Source: Dendrobates tinctorius | Lineage: Eukaryota | Assembly (NCBI RefSeq): GCF_039654945.1 | Contig: NW_027361821.1 | Coordinates: forward strand, 21,576,001 to 21,640,000 | Length of the DNA: 64,000 nucleotides | Direction of reading: 5' to 3' | Part shown: positions 1-13,055 of the stretch, in pieces | Position numbering within the stretch: position 1 is the stretch's first letter | How the letters are laid out: the number at the start of each line of letters is the position of its first letter | Made by a program: the position numbers and the translations under genes | The notes under the pieces: model-generated | The model's input: only the letters and a program-made list of their open reading frames with translations | Told to the model about the DNA's origin: nothing | The model's database searches: none

Positions 1-1440
1 GGCCCAGAGGGTCCACTCTATGAAGAAAAAAGACTCAGCGTAAGCTGATGCTCGTCACAGCGGGAATGAGGTTAAGATAAGCAATGCCCTCTCGAAACCA
101 CAGCAATGGGAGGCTACAAAATTAGTGCAGCAAAATACGGATGTATTCTTGGAGTTGCCCGGCCGTACATCTGTGATCCACCATGACATTATCACCGAGC
201 CTCAGGTAAAAGTACAAATGAAACCGTTCCATGTGTCAGAGGCAAGCCATTGCTGCTGAGCTGAAACAAATGCTCCAGCTAGGTGTTATAGAAGAGTCCA
301 AGAGTGAGTGGGTTAGTCCCATTGTAGTGATTCCTAAGCTGGTCAGATCGTTACGACTTTATAATGATTTCTGGAAATTGATTGTGAAAGTGTCAAAAAT
401 TGACCATTACCAATGCCCCAGGTAGATGAGCTGATTTAGAGACTAGGGCAGGCCCAGTACTTAACGACGCTCGATCTGACCAAGGGTTACTGGCAGGTGC
501 CTCTGACAGAGTCGGCGAAAACACCACCTGCCGGAGGATCTACTGTATATCACAATGTCGTTTTGCCTTTCGGGTTACATTGGGTCCTGGCCACATTCCA
601 GAAGCTGATGGACATAGTTTTAGAGCCACATCAGAAGTGTGTGTCAGCATACTTGGATGATATTATCATCTATTGCATACCCACTTGTCCCAGGTACAAG
701 CAGTAGTGGATTCATTCAGGTCTTCGGGCTTAACTGCAAACCCCAAAAAATGTGCAATAGGCCTCGAGGAAGCCCGGTACTTAGCATATATGTATGGCTG
801 CAGGGTTATCAAACCATCAAATAAACAAGATTGAGGCCATTCAAAACTGGCCCAGGACTTTTACTACGAAACAGGTAAGAGCGTTCATCATTGAAACCTA
901 ATTTTTTGGGAGATCTCGGCACCTTTGACTGATTTCTTAAAAGGAAGGAAATTAGTCATGATTAAGAGGAAGCAATCTAGTTCATAAAGTTGGTGTTGTG
1001 CTGACAGCCTGTCCTCACCAGTCCCAACTTCAAGAAAGGCTTTATCGTGCAAATGGTGTTATCACAGGATTTGGACGGAGAACAACATCCAATCACTTAC
1101 TTGAGTAGGAAACTTACTCCGGCAGTGAAAAATGATAGCGTAGTGGAGAAAAATTATTGCATAGTGGAGAAAGAGTGTTTGGCCATTAAATTGGCCTTGG
1201 AGTCCCTTCATTATTATTTACTCAGGAGACAGTTTCACTTGGTAATGGTCCTTCGCCTTTGGTCTGGATGAGAAATGCCAAGGAGAGGAATGGTTGAGTC
1301 ACCAGATGGTTTATGTGATTGCAAAACTTATTCGCTGTAACATTGAGCTGAGAAGGCACAAGGAAATGCAGATGCCCTATCAGGGGCACCCAGTATGGTT
1401 ACAGCCGGTGTTAAAACTCTCAAGTTTGAACAGAGGGGGG
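1..1440 (+). mobile_element. Degenerate Gypsy (Gmr1-like) LTR retrotransposon pol 3' end: RT then RNase H, followed directly by a polypurine tract
   Basis: Fragmented ORFs give RT motifs (LGVIEESKSEWVSPIVVIPK, VLPFGLH, AYLDDIII) and RNase H motifs (HPITYLSRKL, EKECLAI; ADALS encoded near 1368-1385). Purine run GAGGGGGG at 1433-1440 followed by TG, with no integrase after RNase H. Many stops and frameshifts. Confidence 0.85.
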
Positions 1441-1958
1441 TGCTTTTTGAGGCAGTAAGGGTAATCATATATGATTATCCCCAAGGATGTGTCCTCCAAG
1501 GATGTGCATAGATGCAAACTAAGACCACTGGATAGCGTAATTACAGCCACAGCTGTAAACAGTGTGTGGATTTGGTCAAACTATTTGACCAAGTCAGATT
1601 TAAAGAAAACCTGAAATGGGTTTTTATTTTTGTAGAGATCTGTAGGATGATAGCAGGATGGATCTCTCCCTCCTCATCGGGTCTTGGGAGTGCCCACGAT
1701 TCCCATTTAAACTTTCAGTTAATGTTTGGGTGTGTCAGTATTGGGTTTTGCAAGCAACAGAACAAGAGCTCTGTGCAGACCTGTGTGTGTGAAACTAAAC
1801 ACAGACCAGAGACTTGAGCAACCCATTACCACACGCACGGATAATGCGGTGGTGCAGTCGTCCATGGCAACAGACTGAGATGGACTGACCTGAACGTTCT
1901 GGTTGCAAACAGGAGGATAAAGTTTTGGATTTGTTTATAAGTTGGAAAATAAAGTTGT
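1441..1958 (+). mobile_element. 3' LTR of the Gmr1-like element, left part (continues at about 9852-9905 after two TTAA insertions)
   Basis: Starts TG right after the PPT. AATAAA at 1948-1953 is cut at TTAA 1959-1962. After TTAA 9848-9851 the sequence continues gttgaac...ccttACA (9905), an LTR-like end. Confidence 0.55.
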
Positions 1959-2527
1959 TTAAAGGGAAGGTGTTTTTTCATAATTTAATGTAAAAAAGAA
2001 AATAGTATAAAAAGATATTGTCCCCGGAGCTTGACTCAGTGGTGTGTATGTTTTTTTTTTTTTACTGTATTAATGCAGCCACTGGGGGCTGCCATCTTAC
2101 CTGTCTGGCTGCTGAACGACACTTTCCATGCTCATTTACGGCAGTCCCTGGGCATAAGAGACAAGAGTCGGCTCCTGATCCCTACCTGTATCATTGCAGC
2201 AGCAGCAGCTGTGAACTGGGCACGCCTCTGTGGGCAGCTCAATTCACAGCTGTAGGTGTGGCCAGGCGCCATCTTATTAGAGCTCAGTGCTTTTCTTTTA
2301 GATTCATTTACACTCTATTGCAAGCCCTGGATGCTGTACTACTGTTCCAGCATAACAGTGCTTGGATGTTCACTCTGCACATACCAGCTGCAGGAGAGGA
2401 TACAGGACGAGCTCCTGGAGACCAAGCTACTCTTTCCAAAACACCCGACCAGTCGCTGCCCCTGCTCTTGCAAAATATAGGAGGAGCTGCTCCCTGCTGT
2501 TTCAAAACACTTGGCCATCTGCTGGAC

Positions 2528-4597
2528 ATCTAATCCTATCCTGTGTGACACTGACTGCTGAGCTGTGTATCTAAACCGCTTGTGTGATACTGTCTGCTGA
2601 GCCATGTATCTAATCCTATCCTGTGTGATACTGTCTGCTGAGCCATGTATCTAATCCTATCATGTATGATACTGACTGCTGAGCCGTATATCTAATCCTC
2701 TCCTGTGTGATACTGACTGCTGAGTCGTGTATCTAATCCTATCCTGTGTGATACTGACTGCTGAGCCATGTATCTAATTCTATTCTGTGTGATACTGTCT
2801 GCTGATCCGTGTATCTAATCCTCTCCTGTGTGATACTGACTGCTGAGCCGTGTATCTAATCCTATCCTGTGTGATACTGTCTGCTGAGCCATGTATCTAA
2901 TCCTCTCCTCTGTGTTACTGACTGCTGAGCCGTGTATCTAATCCTCTCCTGGGTGATACTGTCTGCTGAGCCGTGTATCTAATCCTATCCTGTGTGATAG
3001 TGACTGCGGAGCCGTGTATCTAATCCTATCCTGTGTGATACACAGCTCACCAGACTGTATCTAATCCTCTCGTGTGATACTGACTGCTGAGCCGTGTATC
3101 TAATCCTATCCTGCGTGATACTGTCTGCTGAGCCGTGTATCTAATCCTCTCCTCTGTGTTACTGACTGCTGAGCCGTGTATCTAATCCTATCCTGTGTGA
3201 TGCTGTCTGCTGAGCCGTGTATCTAATACTATCCTGTGTGATACTGACTGCTGAGCCGTGTATCTAATCCTATCCTGTGTGATACTGTCTGCTGAGCCGT
3301 GTATCTAATCCTCTCCTGTGTGATACTGACTGCTGAGCCATGTATCTAATCCTATCCTGTATGATACAGTCTGCTGAGCTGTGTATCTAATCCTCTCTTG
3401 TGTGATACTGACTGCTGAGCCGTGTATCTAATCCTATCCTGTGTGATACTGTCTGCTGATCCGTTTATCTAATCCTATCCTGTGTGATACAGTCTGCTGA
3501 TCCGTGTATCTAATCCTATCCTGTGTGATACAGTCTGCTGAGCTGTGTATCTAATCCTCTCTTGTGTGATTCTGACTGCTGAGCCGTGTATGTAATCCTA
3601 TCCTGTGTGATACAGTCTGCTGATCCGTGTATCTAATCCTATCCTGTGTGATACTGAGAGCTGAGCTGTGTATCTAATCCTCTCCTGTGTGATACCGTCT
3701 GCTGAGCCGCATATCTAATCCTATCATGTGTGATACTGACTGCTGAGCCGTGTATCTAATCCTCTCCTGTGTGATACTGACACCTGAGCCGCGTATCTAA
3801 TCCTATCCTGTGTGCTACTGTCTGCTGAGCCGTGTATCTAATCCTATCCTGTGTGATACTGACTGCGGAGCCGTGTATGTAATCCTCTCCTGTGTGATAC
3901 TGACTGCTGAGCCGTGTATCTAATCCTATCCTGTGTGATGCTGACTGCTGAGCTGTGTATCTAATCCTTTCTTGTGTGATAGAATTAGATACACGGCTCA
4001 GCAGAAAGTATCACACAGGATAGGATTAGATACACAGCTCAGCAGACAGTAGCACACAGGAGAGGATTAGATACACGGCTCAGCAGTCAGTATCACTCAT
4101 GATAGGATTAGATACACGGATCAGCAGACTATCATGAGTGATACTGACTGCGGAGCCGTGTATCTAATCCTCTCCTGTGTGATACGGACTGCTGAGCCAT
4201 GTATCTAATCCTCTCCTGTGTGATACTGACTGCTGAGCTGTGTATCTAATCCTATCCTGTATGCTACTGTCTGCTGAGCTGTGTATCTAATCCTCTCTTG
4301 TGTGATACTTTCTGCTGAGCCATGCATCTAATCCTATCATGTGTGATAGTGACTGCTGAGCTGTGTATCTAATCCTATCATGTGTGGTACTGTATGCTGA
4401 GCTGTGTATCTAATCATATCCTGTGTGATACTTACTGCTGAGCCGTGTATCTAATCCTATCCTGTGAGATACTTACTGCTGAGCCCTGTAGCTAATCCTC
4501 TCCTGTGTGATACTGACTGCTGAGCCGTGTATCTAATCCTATCCTGTGTGATACTGACTGCTGAGCCGTGTATCTAATCCTATCCCGTGTGATACTG
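2528..4597 (+). repeat. 41-bp satellite, about 50 copies (consensus gagccgtgtatctaatcctatcctgtgtgatactgactgct), with an internal inverted block at about 3981-4128
   Basis: Directly visible period of 41 nt (e.g. gagcc at 2640 and 2681). Confidence 0.95.
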
Positions 4598-5000
4598 CTC
4601 TCCTGAAATACTCTGTGCTGCTGTCACCCTGCTGGTTTTATGTGCGATCTACATGGTGGTATTGTGTATGATCTATATGGCGGTATGATGTGTGAAGTAT
4701 ATGGCGGCATTATGTGTGAAATATATGGCGGTATTATGTGAGAACCCTATGGCAGTATTATCTGCTAAAAGGGGACCCATTCTAGGGTGGTTCTGGCTGA
4801 GCACCTGCACACGGGTCAGGGGTAATAGTTAGGTGCAGTCAGGGGAGGGCTGGTGAGGCAGCTGAAGAGAAGGGTCTCATTTTTATCGTTACTATATGGC
4901 TACATTTCCCCCAGCCTGCTTCCCAGCGTCACCCCGGACTGCACCTGTCGCCTCGCTTTCACACATCGCCAGGACGGGATCTGAGGAGGGGAATGGGGTT

Positions 5001-5708
5001 CTGGATCAGAACAGGCCATCAATAAGCAGAAATGTTTCCTGGATTTCCGTGGTGCTGTCACCCTGCTCCTCCCCATATATCTGCCTCTGTGCCCCCCATA
5101 GACCAGCGCACTGCTCTCCTGAAATATTCTGTGCTGCTATCACCTTGCTCCCAGAATCCTTGCTGCCTGCCATCCTCGGTGACCGAGACCCCATTCCCCT
5201 CCTCAGATCCTGTCCTGGCGATGTGTGAAAGCGAGGCGCCAGGGGCCTGATATATGGCGGAAGGAGCAGGGTGACAGCAGCACAGAGTATTTCAGGAGAG
5301 CAGTGTGCTGGTCTATGGGGGGGGTCACAGAGGGAGATGTATGGGGGAAGGAGCAGGGTGACAGCAGCACAGAGTATTTCAGGAGAGCAGTGTGCTGGTC
5401 TATGGGGGGGTCACAGAGGGAGATGTATGGGGGAAGGAGCAGGGTGACAGCAGCACACAGTATTTCAGGAGAGCAGTGTGCTGGTCTATGGGGGGGGGGT
5501 CACAGAGGGAGATGTATGGGGGAAGGAGCAGGGTGACAGCAGCACAGAGTATTTCAGGAGAGCAGTGTGCTGGTCTATGGGGGGCACCCTGTTCGGTGCC
5601 AGGGATTGTACATAGAGCGCTGTGTTTTATACACATGGATGGACCGTCTTTCTGCTCGACAGAAATCCAGGAAACATTTCTGCTGATTGATGACCTGTTC
5701 TGATCCAG
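5001..5708. repeat. Fold-back module: about 50-bp outer inverted repeats enclosing four ~87-bp tandem units and one inverted unit
   Basis: 5001-5050 (ctggatcagaacagg...tttcctggatttc) is the imperfect reverse complement of about 5659-5708. The unit marker aaggagcagggtgacagcagcac occurs at 5261, 5348, 5434 and 5523; an inverted unit lies at about 5050-5150. Confidence 0.85.
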
Positions 5709-6094
5709 ACTTTGCATGCAAAGACAGTCAGTAACTTTGCAGGCTCCATCAAAATGGCTGATCACTGTGTTCCTAAATGTCATCCTCTCTTTTCCCTTAC
5801 CAAACACCCAGAAAGGAAGGAGAGGAGTGACATCACACCCATGTCAGCAGATTCCGCCCATAATTATTGCAGGGCAGTAATGTGAGCTAGTCGTACACTA
5901 GGTTTTTGTGCCAAATTTCAGTAGCTGCTCCCCCTAGTGTTAAAGAGTGGAAATGCCAAACTCTTTAAAAATATTTTTGATATTTTGCAAAATTAAAAAC
6001 AAATGATAATATTTTTTAAGAAAATGTAAACATTAATTCTTTCTATTTTTTCAATTGCGGAAAAAAATTTTTTGGGATGGCACCTTCCCTTTAA

Positions 6095-9000
6095 CCCCTT
6101 ACTGCCATGTGACGTACTATCCCATACATGTGCCCTGGGACTTAATTCCTAGGGACGGGATAGTACGTCACAATGATCAGCGGCGCCCACGTGGTGAGCG
6201 CCGCTGATCGCGGACGGGTGTCAGCTGATTAACCCCTTGCACACCGCAATCAAACACGATCGCAGTGTGCTGGGGGTTAAAGGGAAGCATCGGCAGGGAG
6301 GGGGCTCCCTCCGTGCTTCCCTGAGCCCCCCACAGCAGCGCAATGTGCAGCGCTGCTGCGGGGGGCTCCATCCCTTCAGGTCCCCGAATCCAAGATGGTG
6401 ACGGGGACCTTCGGGGGACTGCAGGTAGCTGGCCTCCTCAGTGCCTGCAAAGCGCCAAGTGCAGCTAACAAAAAAAAAAAAAAAGTGTAAAAGTATTTTT
6501 TTTTTTAAAAAAAATCGCTAAATAAAAAAAAAAAAATTCCCTAATAAATTCATTTTTTGGAAATAAAAAAACAAAAAAACAATAAAAGTACACATATTTG
6601 GTATCACCACGTCCGTAACGACCAGCCCTATAAAACTGTCCCATTATTTAACCCCTTTAGGGAACCCCTTAAAAAATAAAAATAAAAAACGAAGCAAAAA
6701 ATAATGATTTATTATCATACCGCCGAACAAAAAGTGCAATAACGCGCGATCAAAAAGACGCATACAAATATCCATGGTACCGCTGAAAACGTCATCTCGC
6801 CCCGCGAAAAACGAGCCGCCATACAGCATCATCAGCAAAAAAATTAAGTTATAGCTCGCAGAATAAAGCGATGCAAAAATAATTATTTTTTATATAAAAT
6901 TGTTTTCATTGCATAAAAGCGCCCAAGCATAAAAAAAGACCTAAATGAGGTATCGCTGTAATCGTACTGACCCGAAGAATAAAATCGCTTTATCAATTTT
7001 ACCGCACGCGGAACGGTGTAAACGCACCCCCCAAAAGAAATTCATGAAACGCTGGTTTTTATTCATTCTGCGTCCCAAAAATCGGAATAAAAAGCGATCA
7101 AAAGATGTCACATGCCCGAAAATGATACCAATAAAACAGTCAACTCGTCCCGCAAAAAATAAGACCTCACATGACTCGGTGGGTCAAAATATGGAAAAAT
7201 TGTAGCTCTCAAAATGTGGTGATGCAAAAACTATTTTTACAATAAAAAGCGTCTTTTAGCGTGCGACAGCCGCCAAACATAAAAACCCACTATAAATAGT
7301 AAATCAAACCCCCCGTTATCACCCCCTTAGTTAGGGAAAAATAATAAAATAAAAAAAATGTATTTATTTCCATTTTCCCCTTAGGGCTAGAGCTGGGGTT
7401 GGGGCTAGGGTTGGTGTTATAATTGGGGGGTTTCCACTGTTTGGGCACATCATGTGCTCTCGAAATGCAACATGGCGTCTGATCTCAATTCCAGCCAATT
7501 CTGCGTTGAAAAAGTCAAATGGTGCTCCTTCCCTTCCAAGCTCTGCCATGTGCCCAAACAGTGTTTTACCCCCACATATAGGGTATCAGCCTACTCAGGA
7601 CAAATTGCAAAACAACTTTTGGGGTCCAATTTCTCCTGTTACCCTTAGGAAAATAAAAAATTGGGAGCAAAATTATCATTTTTGTGGAAAAAAACGATTT
7701 TTTCATTTTCACGCCCGGGCGTTATAAACTTCTGTGAAGCACTTGGGGGTTCAAAGTGCTCACCACACATCTAGATAAGTTCCTTAGGGGGTCTAGTTTC
7801 CAAAATGGGGTCAATTGTGGGGAGTTTCAATAGTTTAGGTACATCAGGGGCTCTCCAAACGCGACATGACACCCGCAGACCATTCCATCAAAGTCTGCAT
7901 TCCAAAACGTCACTACTTCCCTTCCGAGCCCCGACGTGTGCCCATACAGTAGTTTTCTCCCACATATGGGGTATTAGCCTACTCAGGACAAATTGGACAA
8001 CAACTTTTGGGGTCCAGTTTCTCCTGTTACCCTTGGGAAAATAAAAAAATTGGGGACTAAATGATCATGTTTGTGGAAAAAAAACGATTTTTTTATTTTC
8101 ACGCCCAGGCGTTAGAAACTTCTGCGAAGCCCTTGGGGGTTCAAAGTGCTCACCACACATCTAGATACAGTAAGTTCCTTAGGGGGTCTAGTTTCCAAAA
8201 TGGGGTCATTTGTGGGGGGTTTCTACTGTTTAGGTACATCAGGGGCTCTCCAAAAGCAACAGGACACCGGCAGACCATTCCATCAAAGTCTGCATTCCAA
8301 AACGTCACTACTTCCCTTCCGAGCCCTGACAGTAGTTTTCTTCCACATATGGGGTATCAGCGTACTCAGGACAAATTGGACAACAACTTTTGGGGTCCAA
8401 TTTCTCCTGGTTCCCTTGGGAAAATAAAAAAAAAATTGGTGACTAAAAGATCATGTTTGTGGAAAAAATACGATTTTTTTATTTTCACGCCCGGGCGTTA
8501 TAAACTTCTGTGAAGCACGGGGGGGTTCAAAGTGCTCACCACACATCTAGATAAGTTCCATGGGGGGGTCTAGTTTCCAAAATGGGGTCATTTGTTGGGG
8601 GTTTTCACTGTTCTGGTACATCAGGGGCTTTCCAAACGCGACATGGTGTCCGATCTCAATTCCAGCCAAAAAAAATAAAATGGCGCTGCTTCCCTTCCGA
8701 GCTCTGCCATGCGCACAAATAGTGGTTTACCCCCACATGTGGGGTATCAACGTACTCAGGACAAATTGCACAATAACTTTTAGGGTCCTGTTGCCCTTGG
8801 AAAAATAAGAATTGAGGGTGAAAAGATCATTTTTGTGGAAAAAAATATGATTTTTTAATAGTACGGCTGTACGTTATAAACTTCTGTGAAGCCCTTGTGG
8901 GTTCAAAGTTCTCACCACATATCTAGATAAGTTCCTTGGGGGGGGTCTAGTTTCCAAAATGAGGTCACTTGTGGGGGGTTTCCACTGTTTAGGTACATCA

Positions 9001-9847
9001 GGGGCTCTCCAAACGTGACATGGCATCCGATCTGAATTCCAGCCAATTTTGCATTCAAAAAGTAAAACGGCGCTCCTTCCCTTCTGAGCTCTGCCTTGCG
9101 CCGAAACAGTGGTTCCCCCCACATATCAGGTATCCGCGTACTCAGGACAAACTGCACAATAACTTTTGCAGTCCATATTCTCCTGTTACCCTTGGTAAAA
9201 TAAAAAAAATTGAACCTGAAGTATTTTTTTTGTGAAAAAAAGTTAAATGTTCATTTTTTTTAAATATTCAAAAAAAATTCCTGTGATGCACCTGAAGGGT
9301 TAATAAACTTCTTGAATGTGGTTTTGAGCACCTTAAGAGGTGCAGTTTTTAGAATGGTGTCACTTTTGGGTATTTTCTATCATATAGACGCCTCAATGTG
9401 GCTTCAAATATGATGTGGTCCGTAAAAATAAAATGTTGTTGCAAAAATGAGAAATCGCTGGTCAACTTTTAACCGTTATTACTTCCTAACAAAAAAAAAA
9501 TTTTGGTTCCAAAATTGTGCTGATGTAAAGTAAACATGTGGGAAATGTTACTTAAGTTTTTTGTGTGCCGTATTTCTGTGATTTAAGGGCATAAAAATTC
9601 AAAGTTGGAAAATTGCGAAATTTTCAAAATTTTCGCCAAATTTCCATTTTTTTCACAAACAAACGCAAGCTATTTGATTGAAATTTTACCACTAACATGA
9701 AGTACAATATGTCACGAGAAAAAATTGTCAGAATCACCGGGATCCATGGAAGCGTTTCAGAGTTATTATTTCTTAAAGGGACAGTGGTCAGAATTGTAAA
9801 AATTGGCCCGGTCATGAAAGTGCAAACCACCCTTGGGGGTTAAGGGG
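6095..9847. mobile_element. Non-autonomous piggyBac-like element with internal ~380-bp tandem repeats
   Basis: TTAA-CCCCTTA at 6091 and TAAGGGG-TTAA ending at 9851. The internal marker ttataaacttctgtgaagc...caccacacatctagata recurs at about 7722, 8112, 8498 and 8874. No transposase ORF. Confidence 0.8.
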
Positions 9848-10053
9848 TTAAGTTGAACTTTTTTTGGTCCCTGCCTCTTTTTGACATGAAAGCCGCTACC
9901 TTACAACAGCTAATAACACAGGATCCTACATTCACAATTGGTGATGTCACAACTCCTCCTGCTTTCATGATAACACTAGCACAGGCTCATTAGATGCTTT
10001 AATACAAAAGATAGGGTCTATCTATTGCTGCTAATATACATTTGGATTCCTTA

Positions 10054-10344
10054 GGCCAGGTTCACATAGCGTAACAGCCCGTTCAACACATAGCGTTGAC
10101 GGACTGCGTTAGCGCTATAGCATAACGCGATATGTGTTAGCGCTATAGCATAACGCGATATGCGTTATGCTATACCGCTAGCGCTGATGGAGCCTCAGAC
10201 GCTGCAGTCTGGGTCCGAGGCTCCGTCAGTGAATAACGGCACGTCGTGAACGTATGCCGCTTTACAGCATACGTCGCGATGCGCCACATAATGGGGGTCT
10301 ATGGCGGCGTTAACGGACTGCCATAACGCAGTGTGACCCCAGCC
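10054..10344. mobile_element. Harbinger/PIF-type MITE
   Basis: TTA TSD on both sides; termini GGCCAGGTTCACA and TGTGACCCCAGCC. Confidence 0.7.
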
Positions 10345-10610
10345 TTAAAAGACAAGGAAGTATTATTCTAGAATAGCCTCAATGTCCAGCGTGAAAATTG
10401 AAAGCCTTCTCATTTTTATTTGCAGACTGTGAAGTGTAAGAAAAAATAAATAAAACTGGTAATGAAAAAAAATCTGACTTAAACATTAGGTCATTTACTG
10501 ATTTACTCCTACAAGCCCCTGTGAATAGAGTTGTGATGATCATGCGATCCTCCATTCCATTCCTTCCTAACGGGAGTGCTGGTCTCGGCTATCTCTGGCG
10601 CTCTCATTAA

Positions 10611-10803
10611 GGTCACTTTCACACGTTCAGTATTTGTAGAGTTCTTTACCTCAGTATCTGTAAGCCAAAACCAGGAGTGGAACAATCAGAGGAAAGCTTA
10701 ATAGAAACCCATCACCACTTCTGTATTTATCATCAACTCCTGGTTTTGGCTTACAGATACTGAGGTAAAATACTGACCAAATACTGAACGTGTGAATGTG
10801 GCC
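10611..10803. mobile_element. Palindromic Harbinger-type MITE
   Basis: Arms ggtcactttcacacgttcagtatttg and caaatactgaacgtgtgaatgtggcc; most of the element is an inverted repeat. Confidence 0.7.
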
Positions 10804-12373
10804 TTGGAATGAATTTAGCAGAGGGTGTTTAGAGAAACAAACTCTGTAGAACCCTGTCTGAAGGGAGCAGTGATCGAGCATGTGCAGATCTGCTCCTTCA
10901 TTTTTCTGTTGTAAGGCCGGGGTCACACTAGCGATTAAATCGGACGAATGCAATGCGATAAAAAATCTCATTGCATCAAATGTTATTCTATGGTGCTGCT
11001 CTCATCATGCGATTTTTGATCAGATCCGATCCTCGGACCGAGACAATCGCAGCATGCTGCGATTGTCACCGATTCTCGGATCGGATTCGACAATACAAGT
11101 CTATGGGGGCGAGAAAAAATTGGACTAAAAACGGACCAGATGTGTGACTTGCGATAAAATCGCACCCGGTGTCCTTTAGCAAAAGCCGGCAATTCTTCCA
11201 ATACAGTAAAATCACACTGACCGGTTAAATAAAGAATGAATAGATCTAGACACACACACACATATATACATACATACATATTTTATACATGTCATAGAGA
11301 CACATTAATATATATATTACAAATTCATACAGTTCATCATAGCAGAATAGCCGCAGAAACATTTGCCGGCTTTTGTATAATTATTCTCCTTCCCGACATG
11401 AAATGACACATGGTTTACATATAGTTAACCATTTCATTTCATGTTTTTTTTGTTATGTCTATCACAATTAATTAGATGAGGGTTTGTGGGTAAAATTTTG
11501 GACTTGTAGGGGTTAATTTAAGGGGTTAATTCGTTGTATGAAATTGCAGGGACTCCTGCTGACGTCACTGAGGCTGCTCCAGTGACGTACCACTTACTGG
11601 GCTGCTTGGTGCAGTTTTGATAGAATCCGTTTTCTTTGTTTTAGATCTAGCAGTGCTCGGAATCCAGAGCTCTGTATAACCCTGCCCTCACCACTGATTG
11701 ACAGCTTCATGTGTACATTATGCATGGTCAGCAATCTGCTAATCAGTGATGGCAGGGTTACTCAGATTAGCTGCACTGCCTGCACGTGAGACCTAATAGT
11801 GTAGTGATAATCTCCTTCTAATAAAACACTGATTGTATTGAAACTACAGCAAGTGGCATCGCTGGAAGCAGGGTCTCTGCTACTACATTATGCTGCTCTC
11901 AGATTAAATAGCAAAAACTTGCTGACAGATTCCTTTTAACCTTGCCTATTTTACTTACAGGGTTTAATAGAACTCTGTTCTTGGGGTCGCTGAGATCTCA
12001 GTGATCTACCCTCCCAGAGATCATGGATAGGGAAATGCTTATAAACTAGATACAAAACCTTTAACCCCTTAAGGCCATGTTTAGTTATGTTTTTATTTTT
12101 TCCCCTCCTTTTTCAATTGGCCATAAATATTTTTTTTTTTTCTGCCGATACAGACATATGAGTGATTGTTTTTTGTGGGACGAATTCTAGATTTGAATGA
12201 CATCATTCATCCTATCATGTAGGCAAAGGCAAAATAGCAAAAAAAAATTCTAAGTAGTGGGAAATTTTGAAAAATAAATGCAAATCCGCCATTTTTTTTA
12301 GTTTTAGCTCTATTTTTACAGAATTAATTGTGCAGTAAAAATTACATGTAAACATGAGGTCATGGTGTAATAC

Positions 12374-12377
<4 letters not shown>

Positions 12378-12427
<50 letters not shown>
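12378..12427. repeat. (TA)n microsatellite
   Basis: Pure AT dinucleotide run; a second short run lies at about 12698-12712. Confidence 0.95.
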
Positions 12428-12431
<4 letters not shown>

Positions 12432-12935
12432 CTAATGGGTTTTGTTTGTAGAATTTCACCTGATATCTTGATCTATAAAAAGGGCATAGGGGTGTTTATC
12501 TAAACGCAATATTATCTTGCTGTAATTTACTTTATATTTGAGATGTCTGCAGCATGTGTCAGTGCCTTGGCTTTTTAGCTAATTTCACATTGTGGTGTTT
12601 TGCTTTCCTCATCTGTATGCTTTTTTATAATAAAGAATTTTTTTATGGATTTTTCATAATAACTTTGGACTTGTGATTGCTTTTTCTGTTTCGTGTTTAT
12701 ATATATATATATATTTTTTTTTTAAAATATTTTAGTGGTGAAAAAATATTCTGAACTTAAAAAAAAAATAAGGTTTGTGTATTTTTCTGTCAATTGGGCT
12801 GTATTATGGTTTATTTTGTGTGTGGTGAGCTGGTGCTGTTGTTCTTAACCTTTTGAGGTACATACTATGTGGATTGACTTTTATTACATTTTTGTGGGTG
12901 GTGCAGTGACTAAAAATTAAATTTTTTCCTTTACG

Positions 12936-13055
12936 CAGCACGGTGGCTCAATGGTTAGTGCTGTAGTCTTGCGAAGCTGGGGTCCTTGTTTCAGATCCCA
13001 CCAAAGTCAACATCTGCAAAGAGTTTGTAGGTCCTCCCAGTGTTTGTGTGTGTGT
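12936..13055 (+). mobile_element. 5' fragment of a tRNA-derived V-SINE-like element
   Basis: gcagcacggtggctcaatggttag (A box), gtttcagatccc (B-box-like), then acatctgcaaagagtttgta; same family as 23277-23515. Confidence 0.7.

Larger units (their letters stand above)
1963..6090. mobile_element. Non-autonomous Kolobok/T2-type DNA transposon carrying satellite arrays
   Basis: TTAA-AGGGAAGGTG at 1959-1972 and CACCTTCCCT-TTAA at 6081-6094: perfect 10-bp TIRs with TTAA TSD. No transposase. Confidence 0.75.
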
